A stretch of 64,000 nt of DNA from an uncultured Nitrospiraceae bacterium. Its GTDB lineage: Bacteria > Nitrospirota > Nitrospiria > Nitrospirales > Nitrospiraceae. The DNA is taken from positions 256,001-320,000 of the forward strand of contig CAVPLT010000004.1 of NCBI GenBank assembly GCA_963706325.1. Direction: 5' to 3'. This document shows positions 30,355 to 39,693 of this stretch, piece after piece (within the stretch, counting starts at the first letter, position 1; every line of letters begins with the position of its first letter). Both the position numbers and the translations under genes were made by a program. A model generated the notes under the pieces. It had not been told where the DNA came from and ran no database searches. It saw nothing but the letters and a program-made list of their open reading frames with translations.

Positions 30355-31650
30355 ATGACCTATTCCGAGACCGTGCAGTTTCTCTATGGCCTGCAGCAGC
30401 ACGGCATCAAGTTGGGGCTTGAAACGGTACGCGACTTATTGACCAGGGCAGGCGAGCCTCAGCGCCGCTATCCTGCGCTCCACATCGGCGGGACCAACGG
30501 CAAAGGATCGACGGCCGCGATGGTTGCGTCCATCCTGCAGGCGGCTGGCCATCGCGTAGGTCTCTATACCTCGCCGCACCTGATTGATTTTCGTGAGCGG
30601 ATTCGGGTCAACGGCGTCATGGTTCCAGAAGCCCGCGTGACCGCGTTAGTTGAGACCTTACAGGCCGCTGCGGCGCCCGATCTGGCCCCGACTTTTTTTG
30701 AATTCACGACGGCGCTTGCGTTTCAATATTTTGCCGAATGCCATATCGATGTGGCGGTGCTGGAAGTGGGGTTGGGCGGGCGATTCGACGCCACCAATGT
30801 TGTGGAACCGCTGGCGACCGCCATCACCACGATCGGACTTGATCATGAAGCGTATCTCGGCCCGACCTTGGAGGCGATTGCGTTTGAGAAGGCCGGCATT
30901 ATCAAGCCTGCGGCGCCGGTGGTGATCGGCCGCATCGACGCGCCGGCTCGTCATGTGATTGAGGCGCGTGCGTTGACGGAAGCCGCGCCTATTGTGGCCT
31001 TGGATCGAGAGTTTCGCTGCGAAGGGCCATCGCCGGCCGACTGTCACTATGTGGGGATAGCGGCAGAATACGAACATTTGTGCTGCCCCCTGAAGGGACG
31101 TTTTCAACTGGACAATATCGCCTGCGCTTTGGCCTTAATCGAATTGGCCCGATCGCGGAGCCTCGGAATCTCAGAAGGTGCGGTTCGCCTGGGGTTGCAG
31201 CACACTGCCTGGGAAGGTCGGCTGGAAATCGTCGGTGAGACGCCCACCGTGCTCGTGGACGGAGCCCATAATCCTGCCGCTGCGCTTGCCTTGGCAGAGT
31301 TTCTTGCGGAATGGCGATGGAAAAATCCTGCTGCGCGAATCCATGCGATCATCGGGATGATGCGCGATAAACATCCGCGCGAATTTATCGGTCCATTGTT
31401 GGGGGTGATCGACAGCGTGATCCTGACGCAGGCTGATCTACCTCGTGCTTTGACTGGCTCGGATCTGCGTAAGATCCTGCGTGATTGCGCGCCTTTCGCA
31501 CAGGTGGCGACGACGTCGGCTGATGCGCTTGCTTGTGCGAAGCGCTCGGCGATTTCATCCGACCTCATTTGTGTCACAGGCTCTCTGATGCTGGTCGGCG
31601 AGATCAAGGCCCTCCTACGAGGGTGCTCCCTCTCACCTCTTCGTGGCTGA
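30355..31650 (+). CDS. folC: Folylpolyglutamate/dihydrofolate synthase
   Basis: GTNGKGST, YTSPHL, EVGLGGRFDATN, DGAHNP, TGSL. Confidence 0.96.
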   Translation: MTYSETVQFLYGLQQHGIKLGLETVRDLLTRAGEPQRRYPALHIGGTNGKGSTAAMVASILQAAGHRVGLYTSPHLIDFRERIRVNGVMVPEARVTALVETLQAAAAPDLAPTFFEFTTALAFQYFAECHIDVAVLEVGLGGRFDATNVVEPLATAITTIGLDHEAYLGPTLEAIAFEKAGIIKPAAPVVIGRIDAPARHVIEARALTEAAPIVALDREFRCEGPSPADCHYVGIAAEYEHLCCPLKGRFQLDNIACALALIELARSRSLGISEGAVRLGLQHTAWEGRLEIVGETPTVLVDGAHNPAAALALAEFLAEWRWKNPAARIHAIIGMMRDKHPREFIGPLLGVIDSVILTQADLPRALTGSDLRKILRDCAPFAQVATTSADALACAKRSAISSDLICVTGSLMLVGEIKALLRGCSLSPLRG

Positions 31651-34135
31651 GATGGGGCCAGACCGCTACTCGATGTTCACGCGGTGGTCGGCATTCGCAC
31701 GTCACGCATCGGTTGGTCTCTTCTGTGGACTCTTCTCTCTGCTCCTGATGTCTGGATCGGCCGGGGCGCAATCCACGGTTACCGCGCCTTCACCGACGAA
31801 TCAACCCCTCACGATCACCGCGGCGCGAATCGATCAGCTTCAAGAGTACGATGTGTATGAGGCGGATGGGTCGGTAGTGGTTACCCAGGGTCCGCTTCGC
31901 CTCACGGCCGATCATGTGACGCTCAACGCCTTGCCGGGCACGCTCGTGGCAACCGGGCATGTGCACTTCGTCGATCCGACCTCAGATCTGACGTCGGAAC
32001 GGTTAGAGTTGAACGTGAACACGGAAGCAGGGGTGATCACGCAAGGGTCGATGTACATCCGGCCCAGCAACTCCTTGTTTACAGGGCGAAGCATCCGACG
32101 CCTGTCGGAAGATCATTACCGGATTAAAGAGGGCACGTTCACCAACTGTGACGCGCAGGAAGGCGAACTCCCGGCCTGGCGGTTCAAGTTTGACGATCTC
32201 GATGTGAACACCGGCGAGAGTGTCGGCATGAAACGAGGGTGGCTCTGCGTGCGTGACACTCCGATTATTCCGATCCCGACGCTGACCTATCCGCTCAGCA
32301 ATCGCCACAGCGGTTTTCTGATTCCCACGCCGGGTTACGACAACCGGTTCGGACTCCATTATCAGCAGGGCTATTTCTGGGCGATCAATCCCAGCCAGGA
32401 TCTCACGATTTCACCCTCATACTATTCGAACCTCGGCTACGGGAGCGATTTCCTCTATCGGTATTACCTGAATCGGCGATCCAGCGGGCAGTGGTTCGCG
32501 AGCGTTCTGCAGCAGACTGAATTGCCCAATGTGTCGGGAGTAGATCAGACGAGTACCGATGAACGACGTTTACGAGGCATGATTAGCGGGCAACATGTCC
32601 AGCAGGTAACGGACACACTCCTAGTTCGCGGGCAAGCGTCGTTCGTATCGGACCGGGAATATCTCCAACAGCTCAGCAATTCAGGAGCGCAACGTGCCTC
32701 TCCTAGCGGCGAGTCGAATTTGTTGGCGACGCAACGATTGCCCTATGGAAGCGCCTATTTTCTTGGGCAATACCTGCAACCGTTGAACTCTGGCGGTCCC
32801 GATACCTTTCAGCGTCTTCCCGAAGTCGGATATGTCTTGCCGAATACAGCTCCGTTCGGGATGCCGTTTCTTCTGAATGTGGACAGTAACTTTGTAAATT
32901 TTTATCGCGAAGAGGGCTTTGCGGTGAATCGCATGGATTTGATGCCGGGCATCACCACGGACGTGATCGACGTCGGGCATCTCGTGGGGATCACGCCGCA
33001 TTTCAAATTTAAGGAGGTCTACTATTCGCGCGGGATTCAGGATGCGAGTCCTCTGCATCGCGAGACCTTTTGGGGTGCGATCGACGCGACTTCGCGGTTA
33101 AGCCGACGCTTTACCGGCAGCGAAGGGACCAACTTCCTGCATACAATCGAGCCCAGCGTCATCTATGAGTACGTGCCTAGCAGCGACCAGTCTCAAATCG
33201 CGCAAATCGATCAGGTGGATGACCTCCCGAAGAAGAACTTGTTAACCTATTCGTTCAGGACGAAGCTGCTTGAGCAGAAGGTGAATGGACAATCCTTCAA
33301 TTGGCTGGATTTGACCGTGGCGCAGAGCTACCACGTCGGTGCGGTGCAGACGAGTGCCCGTGATTTTACCCCCGGGGTCTTGCCTTTTCTGGGCTCCCCC
33401 ACGCAGCCCTTACAGCCGGCGACGGTGGATATGCAGGGTCGGAAGTTCTCCGACTTCTGGATGCGGGCGGTGATCGGCAATACCGCGCCGGAATTTTACC
33501 GGCCTCCCGCCACGAATGAGGCGCTCGGAAAAAACGTGACCGGCGGGCAGATCCTGCCCCCGACGAATTCGTATCTCACAGTTGATGCGTTTTTAGATCC
33601 TTACCGCGGCACATTCAGCCAGTGGAATACCGATCTTCGGATTCAGCAGTCCAACTATTGGTATGTTGAGGTAGGGCAACGATTCAGTCGGGAGGGCAAC
33701 CGAGTCCGACGCGGCGACATTTGGAATCCGATTTCCTTCAATGAGGTCTATGCTCCTACGAATGAAATCCAGTTCGTCACTGCGGGCGGAGGATTTCGAA
33801 CGCCGTGGGGATGGACCCTTGGCGCGAAAGGCTATTATGATGTCAAAGGCGGCCGCAGCCCGGAGTTTGATGTGGTGGCCCTTTATCAAAATCCGTGCAA
33901 GTGCTGGTCCCTCGGGTTCTACTATTTGCAGTTCCCGGACCGCCAGAGCTATTCTTTTATGCTGAGTATGACCGGCATCGGATGGACAGAGAACTTCGGC
34001 ACGATTGTCGCGCGGACAGTGTTGGGCCCCTTGTTGGTTGGGGACCGCGGATTGCCTTGGGCCGCGCCAGGAGGTCCCTACGGTCGAACTGAGAACTCTC
34101 TACCTGCGCAGTCGATGCCGATGGGTCGATACTAA
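31643..34135 (+). CDS. lptD: LPS-assembly outer-membrane protein LptD
   Basis: OstA-like N-domain, FTNCD...PAW, SGFLIP, QRLPE, C-terminal beta-barrel with CKCW. Confidence 0.85.
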   Translation: MAEMGPDRYSMFTRWSAFARHASVGLFCGLFSLLLMSGSAGAQSTVTAPSPTNQPLTITAARIDQLQEYDVYEADGSVVVTQGPLRLTADHVTLNALPGTLVATGHVHFVDPTSDLTSERLELNVNTEAGVITQGSMYIRPSNSLFTGRSIRRLSEDHYRIKEGTFTNCDAQEGELPAWRFKFDDLDVNTGESVGMKRGWLCVRDTPIIPIPTLTYPLSNRHSGFLIPTPGYDNRFGLHYQQGYFWAINPSQDLTISPSYYSNLGYGSDFLYRYYLNRRSSGQWFASVLQQTELPNVSGVDQTSTDERRLRGMISGQHVQQVTDTLLVRGQASFVSDREYLQQLSNSGAQRASPSGESNLLATQRLPYGSAYFLGQYLQPLNSGGPDTFQRLPEVGYVLPNTAPFGMPFLLNVDSNFVNFYREEGFAVNRMDLMPGITTDVIDVGHLVGITPHFKFKEVYYSRGIQDASPLHRETFWGAIDATSRLSRRFTGSEGTNFLHTIEPSVIYEYVPSSDQSQIAQIDQVDDLPKKNLLTYSFRTKLLEQKVNGQSFNWLDLTVAQSYHVGAVQTSARDFTPGVLPFLGSPTQPLQPATVDMQGRKFSDFWMRAVIGNTAPEFYRPPATNEALGKNVTGGQILPPTNSYLTVDAFLDPYRGTFSQWNTDLRIQQSNYWYVEVGQRFSREGNRVRRGDIWNPISFNEVYAPTNEIQFVTAGGGFRTPWGWTLGAKGYYDVKGGRSPEFDVVALYQNPCKCWSLGFYYLQFPDRQSYSFMLSMTGIGWTENFGTIVARTVLGPLLVGDRGLPWAAPGGPYGRTENSLPAQSMPMGRY

Positions 34136-34146
34136 AGCGGGGCGTT

Positions 34147-34743
34147 GTGATCACTGCTCATCGGAGTCACCTCTCTTGGTCGTCTAAAAGCAGGCCACAG
34201 CGAATGGGACAGCAGCTGAGAACAATTCTTTCTGCAAGCGTGCTGTTGATAGGCATGGGGATGCAACTCGCAACCTCGTCGTCTATTCTGGCGGCCGAGA
34301 GTCCCTCCCATTTGCAGCGGGCGACGGTGTTTTTGAAAGCCGGTGATTACCGGCAAGCGGTAGAGGCCTGCCAATCGGAAGTGCGAGACGCTCCATCGAC
34401 CCGGAGCTATGTCTTTCTCACCTATGCGTATCACGCGCTCGATGGCTATCTTGGGCATCTGGCGAGCACCGATCAATGGGTGCGCGTCGAACAGCTGTAT
34501 GTAAATCTCATCGGCGGGAGACGGGAAGATTTAATCGATCCGCCGGACGTGTTGGCCCGCATCGCAAAGGAACTGATCCAACAAGCAGTGCAACGGCAAG
34601 CTGAAGTAACGGCTGCCATGGCTGCTCGACTAGATGAAGCGCTGGTGAAGCAGCTGTGGCAGGAGCAAGCGTCTTGGCGTCAGTCCAGACCGACCGAATG
34701 GTGGTTCGGTGCGCCCCCCGAATGGCAATGGGAGGGCTCGTGA
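34147..34743 (+). CDS. Hypothetical secreted helical (TPR-like) protein; start may be 34204
   Basis: Signal-like N-terminus, AGDYRQAVEAC helix pattern. Confidence 0.65.
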   Translation: MITAHRSHLSWSSKSRPQRMGQQLRTILSASVLLIGMGMQLATSSSILAAESPSHLQRATVFLKAGDYRQAVEACQSEVRDAPSTRSYVFLTYAYHALDGYLGHLASTDQWVRVEQLYVNLIGGRREDLIDPPDVLARIAKELIQQAVQRQAEVTAAMAARLDEALVKQLWQEQASWRQSRPTEWWFGAPPEWQWEGS

Positions 34744-34866
34744 TTTGACTCTCCGCGAAACCGTGTTATAGGATGACCCGACTGCCCTGATGTGGTTCAG
34801 GGCTTGTAGTGTGACCGGTTAGGAAAGCGTGATCGCGATCTTAAATCGCGACAAGGAGGGGATACT

Positions 34867-35214
34867 GTGGCAGGCGATGCGTTACAAGCGACGGATGCGA
34901 CGTGGGATGAGGATGTCATGAAGGCATCCGAATTGGTCATGGTGGATTTTTGGGCGGTCTGGTGCGGGCCATGCCAAATGGTTGCTCCGATCGTCGATGA
35001 ATTGGCGACGGAATATGCGGGCAAGATCAAGGTCCGCAAACTTAATACGGACGAGAATCCAGAAATCGCGGGCCGGTATCAGGTTATGAGCATTCCGACG
35101 ATTCTCTTTTTTAAGAACGGGCAAGCGGTGGAACGGTTGGTGGGTGCGCGCCCGAAGCGACAGTTCAAAGAGATTATCGACTCACTGCTGACTCAACATT
35201 CCGGCGCTGCCTAG
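34867..35214 (+). CDS. trxA: Thioredoxin
   Basis: DFWAVWCGPC, SIPT; AGGAGG SD. Confidence 0.97.
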   Translation: MAGDALQATDATWDEDVMKASELVMVDFWAVWCGPCQMVAPIVDELATEYAGKIKVRKLNTDENPEIAGRYQVMSIPTILFFKNGQAVERLVGARPKRQFKEIIDSLLTQHSGAA

Positions 35215-35233
35215 CGTCCCGGTCCCCCGCAGC

Positions 35234-36919
35234 ATGCTGACTGAGCTGCGCATCTCGAATTTCGGTGTCATCGAGCAGCTTGCTATACGTTTTAGCTCCG
35301 GTTTTATCGTTTTTACCGGTGAAACCGGAGCTGGCAAATCTCTTCTTATTGATGCGGTCACCTTGCTGGTGGGCGGCCGCGCTTCTATCGATCACATCCG
35401 TGCGCAAGCCGACGAAGCCGACCTCGAAGCGGCGTTCGTGCTGGCGTCCGACCATTCGCTTCTTCAACTGCTCCAAGCCAAGGGTTTTGGGCGTGCCGGT
35501 GAGACGGAGATCCTGATCCGTCGAGTTATTTCCCGTACGGGGCGAAACCGGACATATTTGAATGGCAACCTTTGCCCAGTTCACCTGCTTGAGGAATTAG
35601 GGGGGGCGCTGGTCGATGTGCATGGTCAGCACGAGCAACAATCGCTGCTGTCGTCGTCCGCTCAGTTGGAAGCGTTGGATGCCTTCGGCCGACATCAGTC
35701 TCGCCGTCTTGAGTATCAGGAGGCCTACAAGACGTGGCGAGAACAGAAGGCGGAACTCGAAGTCCTCACTAGTCAGATTGCTCAGCGCCGAGATCGTGAA
35801 GATCTGTTGCGTTTCCAGTTCCAAGAGATTGCTGACGCCGCGGTGGAGGCAGGCGAGGATACGAGGTTGGATCAGGAGCGACCACGTCTGATGCACAGTC
35901 AACAGCTTGGAGAATTATCCGATCAGCTCCATGAGTTGCTGTATGCGGGTGATCAAGGAGTGTTGAGTTTGCTCGTCTCCGCGCGCAAGATCCTGTCGAG
36001 GATGGATGCCGTCGATGCCACAACAGCTGGATGGACCAGAATTGTAGACGAGGCAGTGATCCCGCTCCGAGATTTGGCTGATCAGATTCGGGAGTATCGA
36101 GATCGTGTGGAAGTGAACCCGGCAAGATTGATGGAGATCGAGCAACGACTTGACCGACTTCATCGCCTTGCGAAGAAGTATGGAGGATCATTGGACGCGA
36201 TGCTGGGTTTGCAGGAGTCCTTGCGTGCTCAGATTGCTCAATTAGATACTGCGGATACTCGTTTGCAGGAGCTGGACAATGCGGTGGGTGATGCCGCTCG
36301 CCGTACACGTGAACTTGCCGGGCGGCTATCACGCAAGCGGCTTGATGCAGCGAAGAAGCTCATGATTCAGGTGATGAAGGAGCTGGCTGCATTGCGCATG
36401 GACCGTACTCGTTTCGCTGTAGAGGTGTCATCGCTATCTGGGGAAATGGGATGCGACCAGACCGGACAAGATGGCGTGGAGTTTCTCTTCTCTGCCAATC
36501 CTGGCGAGCTGCTCAAGCCGCTGGCGCGAGTAGCATCGGGAGGAGAACTATCTCGGGTGATGTTGGCGCTCAAAACAATTCTGGCCGAAAGCGACCAAGT
36601 TCCCGTGCTCATTTTTGATGAGGTGGACGCAGGGGTCGGTGGGGCAGTCGCCGAGGTTATGGGGACACGGCTTCGAGATCTCGGCAGGCATCATCAAGTC
36701 TTATGTGTGACGCATCTGCCGCAGGTGGCATCTCAGGCGCAAGCGCACTATCTCGTGGAAAAAGAGATTCGACAGGGGCGTACCGTCACCCAAGTGAGAT
36801 TGCTCAAACCAAAGGAACGGGAAGAAGAAGTAGCGCGAATGCTGGCTGGGGTCACGGTGACGAAGCGTGCGCGTGCGGCGGCGGCGGAAATGATCGGGAG
36901 CGTCAAAGATAAGCTATAG
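35234..36919 (+). CDS. recN: DNA repair protein RecN
   Basis: TGETGAGKS, HGQHE, ASGGELSR, IFDEVDAG, VTHLPQVA. Confidence 0.97.
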   Translation: MLTELRISNFGVIEQLAIRFSSGFIVFTGETGAGKSLLIDAVTLLVGGRASIDHIRAQADEADLEAAFVLASDHSLLQLLQAKGFGRAGETEILIRRVISRTGRNRTYLNGNLCPVHLLEELGGALVDVHGQHEQQSLLSSSAQLEALDAFGRHQSRRLEYQEAYKTWREQKAELEVLTSQIAQRRDREDLLRFQFQEIADAAVEAGEDTRLDQERPRLMHSQQLGELSDQLHELLYAGDQGVLSLLVSARKILSRMDAVDATTAGWTRIVDEAVIPLRDLADQIREYRDRVEVNPARLMEIEQRLDRLHRLAKKYGGSLDAMLGLQESLRAQIAQLDTADTRLQELDNAVGDAARRTRELAGRLSRKRLDAAKKLMIQVMKELAALRMDRTRFAVEVSSLSGEMGCDQTGQDGVEFLFSANPGELLKPLARVASGGELSRVMLALKTILAESDQVPVLIFDEVDAGVGGAVAEVMGTRLRDLGRHHQVLCVTHLPQVASQAQAHYLVEKEIRQGRTVTQVRLLKPKEREEEVARMLAGVTVTKRARAAAAEMIGSVKDKL

Positions 36920-36927
36920 CCGTCGGC

Positions 36928-38070
36928 TCAATTGTCCGGAGACGTCTTTGCGATCGCAAGGGCGGGCAATGAAGATTTGCACTCCCGTACGACGCGGACA
37001 AACAGCTCCGTCAGTTTCGGATCGAAATGCGTATCGGCTTGCAGGGAAACCCGTAGGATTGCGTCATCAATGGACAGAGGAAGGTGCCCAGGCATATCGA
37101 CCGTAAGGTTATCGAACGCCTGCGCAATAGCGACGATACGCGCCAACAACGGAATGCCGGCGCCCTGCAGGCCGTGAGGATTGCCCACACCGTCGAACCG
37201 TTCGTGATGATACGCCACGATTTGTCCCACTTCGGCTTGGAACCCTAATGGTAACAGCATGCGCGCGCCGGCCTCGGAATGCTCCTTGCCGTATGCGCTG
37301 TTTCCGATGCAATCGTCTTCATCCGGCGTATATTTATAGTTGGACAGGCTGATTTTTCCGATGTCGTGGAGAAAGGCCCCGAGTGCCAGGGCTTTCTGTT
37401 CTGGGAGGGGGAGATTCATCTGGTTGGCGAGAAGCGATCCGTAAAAACTGACGCGACTGCAGTGATTCAAGAGCTGGCGGTCCTTGGCTTCCAGCAGGTC
37501 AGATAGCAAGGGGATCAAAGCGGTCACCTCGCCCGCACCAGTGACAGCATCGGAAGAAGACTTGCCGATGGCAAAATAGTTCGATTGCACGTCCTTCCAG
37601 GCTTGGGTCACTTCTTGTTCCGTGCCCCATAACGCGGTCGAGGTTTTCAGGAACGATCGTAAGTAGTCCAGACGCTGTTTTTTTTCCAGCGTTTGGTTGA
37701 TCAGCGTGATGAGCTCGGTGACATTGAAAGGCTTGAGCAAGTACCCGGCTGCACCGTGCCGGATTCCTTCCATGGCGGACTTCAAGCTTCCATAACCGGT
37801 GATGATGATGACTTCAATATCTGCGTAGTCTTGCTTGATATCCTGGAGCAGGTCGATGCCCTGACGATCGGGCAATTTTTGGTCGAGCGTGATGAGGTCG
37901 ATGTGCCGTTCTTTCAGGACTTGTAGTGCAGACTTGGCGTTGTCGGCCGAATGGATTGTGAAGAAGGGTCGGAGGATAACTTTGAGCGCATCGCGCGGTC
38001 CGGTCTCATCATCGACGACTAGCACCGATGGTTTCTCAACTACGTAATCGACTGGTGCGTCAATCTCCAT
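36928..38070 (-). CDS. Response regulator with degenerate HD-GYP output domain
   Basis: REC (VVDDE, TLDQ, ITG, KPF); LHDIGK, HHERFDGVGNP, ARIVAIAQAFD. Confidence 0.9.
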   Translation of the reverse strand: MEIDAPVDYVVEKPSVLVVDDETGPRDALKVILRPFFTIHSADNAKSALQVLKERHIDLITLDQKLPDRQGIDLLQDIKQDYADIEVIIITGYGSLKSAMEGIRHGAAGYLLKPFNVTELITLINQTLEKKQRLDYLRSFLKTSTALWGTEQEVTQAWKDVQSNYFAIGKSSSDAVTGAGEVTALIPLLSDLLEAKDRQLLNHCSRVSFYGSLLANQMNLPLPEQKALALGAFLHDIGKISLSNYKYTPDEDDCIGNSAYGKEHSEAGARMLLPLGFQAEVGQIVAYHHERFDGVGNPHGLQGAGIPLLARIVAIAQAFDNLTVDMPGHLPLSIDDAILRVSLQADTHFDPKLTELFVRVVRECKSSLPALAIAKTSPDN

Positions 38071-38160
38071 CCTGAGCGCTCCTCAAGTGCAGTGCAGCTT
38101 CAAGGAAGATGAAACGAAAGACCCATACCGTTCATTTTCCTACCCATGACGCCAATATAT

Positions 38161-38176
38161 AGCAGGTCCGAATCCA
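38161..38176 (-). promoter_or_regulatory. Candidate sigma54 (-24/-12) promoter upstream of the HD-GYP gene
   Basis: Minus strand TGGATTCGGACCTGCT has correct GG-N10-GC spacing. Confidence 0.45.
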
Positions 38177-38225
38177 TCGGGCTACAAGATAATTGTCGTG
38201 AGCCTGTGGAACGGGTCGCCGACTG

Positions 38226-38250
38226 TGTCTCAAGTGGAGGAAATGAGACA
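38226..38250. promoter_or_regulatory. Inverted repeat TGTCTCA-N11-TGAGACA, candidate enhancer (UAS)
   Basis: Perfect 7-bp inverted repeat 50-75 bp upstream of the candidate sigma54 site. Confidence 0.45.
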
Positions 38251-38279
38251 TCGTCCGGACGTTATTGTGTCAACCGGTG

Positions 38280-39692
38280 TCATTCCTGAGTCACCGGAGG
38301 ATCGATCGCCGTGCCGTTGTCCGGCCTGCTGATACCCAAGGTGTCCATGCGATATTTCAGCATACGGCGGCTGATTCCCAACATGGTGGCTGCATGTGTT
38401 TGTACGTAGGTTGTACGTTTAAGGGCGTCCAGAATGATTTCGCGTTCGAATTCCATGACGGCTTTTTCGAGGGACAGCCGCCCTGCCAGCGTATCGTCTC
38501 GGAGCGAGGTTGATCGCGTATCGGCCCGCAGAATCGTCGGCAGATGCTCGGGCAGGATCACATTGGAGCCCTTGGACCAGATGAACGCTTGTTCGATGAT
38601 GTTCTCCATCTCGCGCACGTTTCCCGGCCACGGATAGTGCGAAACCAGTTCCAGCGATTCCTTGGTGAATTCCTGCGAGGGCCGCTTCTCTTCTTCGATA
38701 CGTTTGGCAAGAAAGTGTTTGGCGAGCAGTGAGATGTCCTCCCCGCGTTCGCGCAACGGCGGCAGATACAGCGCGATGACATTGATTCGGTAATAGAGGT
38801 CCTCTCGGAACAGGCCCTTGCGGACCAGTTCATCGAGATTTTTGTTGGTGGCAGCCACGATGCGCACATCGACTTTAATGGACTGCACGCCTCCGACTCG
38901 GGTGAACTCGCGTTCTTGTAGCACACGCAAGAGCTTCGCCTGGGTCGCCGGGCTGAGATCGCCGATCTCATCCAGGAAGAGGGTGCCCGTATGCGCCAGT
39001 TCGAATTGCCCTACGCGCCTCGCCGTCGCGTCGGTGAAAGAGCCTTTCTCGTGTCCGAAGAGTTCGCTTTCGATCAGGGTTTCCGGCAGTGCCGCGCAAT
39101 TCAGCGCTATGAAGGGACGCTCGCGCCGCGCGCTGTTGTAATGGATGGCCTTTGCTACGAGTTCCTTCCCGGTGCCACTCTCCCCCGTCACCAACACGGT
39201 GGTGCGGCTATCGGCGACCTGTTCGATCTTCGCGTAGATTTCTTGCATTGACGGGCTTTTGCCAATGAGATTGTGGAAAGCGTATCGCTGCACCACCTGG
39301 GCGCGTAATTGACGGACTTCCTGTTCCAATTCATGTTTGCCCAGCGCGCGCTCAATCACGATTTGTAACTCTTCCACATCGAAGGGCTTGGACAGATAGT
39401 CGGCTGCGCCAATTTTCATGGCGTCCACGGCGGTTTTAACAGCTTTCGTTCCAGTCAGCATGATCACAGGGACGGCACGATTTTCCGTGCGCATAGCGTG
39501 GAGAACGGCCAGGCCATCGGTTCCCGGCAGGATCACATCCAGTAGGACTAAATCAGGGGACTCGCGCTTGAAGAGCTGGAGGCCCTCGGTGGCCTCCGCC
39601 GCTTCCAGAATATCGTAGGTCGGTTCCAGAACCGCCTTTACTGAAGCGCGAACACGCGGCTCGTCGTCGACTAGTAACACCCGTTTTTTCAT
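38280..39692 (-). CDS. Sigma54-dependent response regulator (NtrC/AtoC family)
   Basis: REC, GESGTGKE, ESELFGHEKGSFTDA, LFLDEIGD, WPGNVRE, C-terminal HTH. Confidence 0.96.
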   Translation of the reverse strand: MKKRVLLVDDEPRVRASVKAVLEPTYDILEAAEATEGLQLFKRESPDLVLLDVILPGTDGLAVLHAMRTENRAVPVIMLTGTKAVKTAVDAMKIGAADYLSKPFDVEELQIVIERALGKHELEQEVRQLRAQVVQRYAFHNLIGKSPSMQEIYAKIEQVADSRTTVLVTGESGTGKELVAKAIHYNSARRERPFIALNCAALPETLIESELFGHEKGSFTDATARRVGQFELAHTGTLFLDEIGDLSPATQAKLLRVLQEREFTRVGGVQSIKVDVRIVAATNKNLDELVRKGLFREDLYYRINVIALYLPPLRERGEDISLLAKHFLAKRIEEEKRPSQEFTKESLELVSHYPWPGNVREMENIIEQAFIWSKGSNVILPEHLPTILRADTRSTSLRDDTLAGRLSLEKAVMEFEREIILDALKRTTYVQTHAATMLGISRRMLKYRMDTLGISRPDNGTAIDPPVTQE

Positions 39693-39693
39693 G

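Noticed and set aside
39020..39070. GAFTGA loop reads GSFTDA in the sigma54 activator
   Set aside because: The core FT is retained and such variants are common, so this is not evidence of sigma54 independence.
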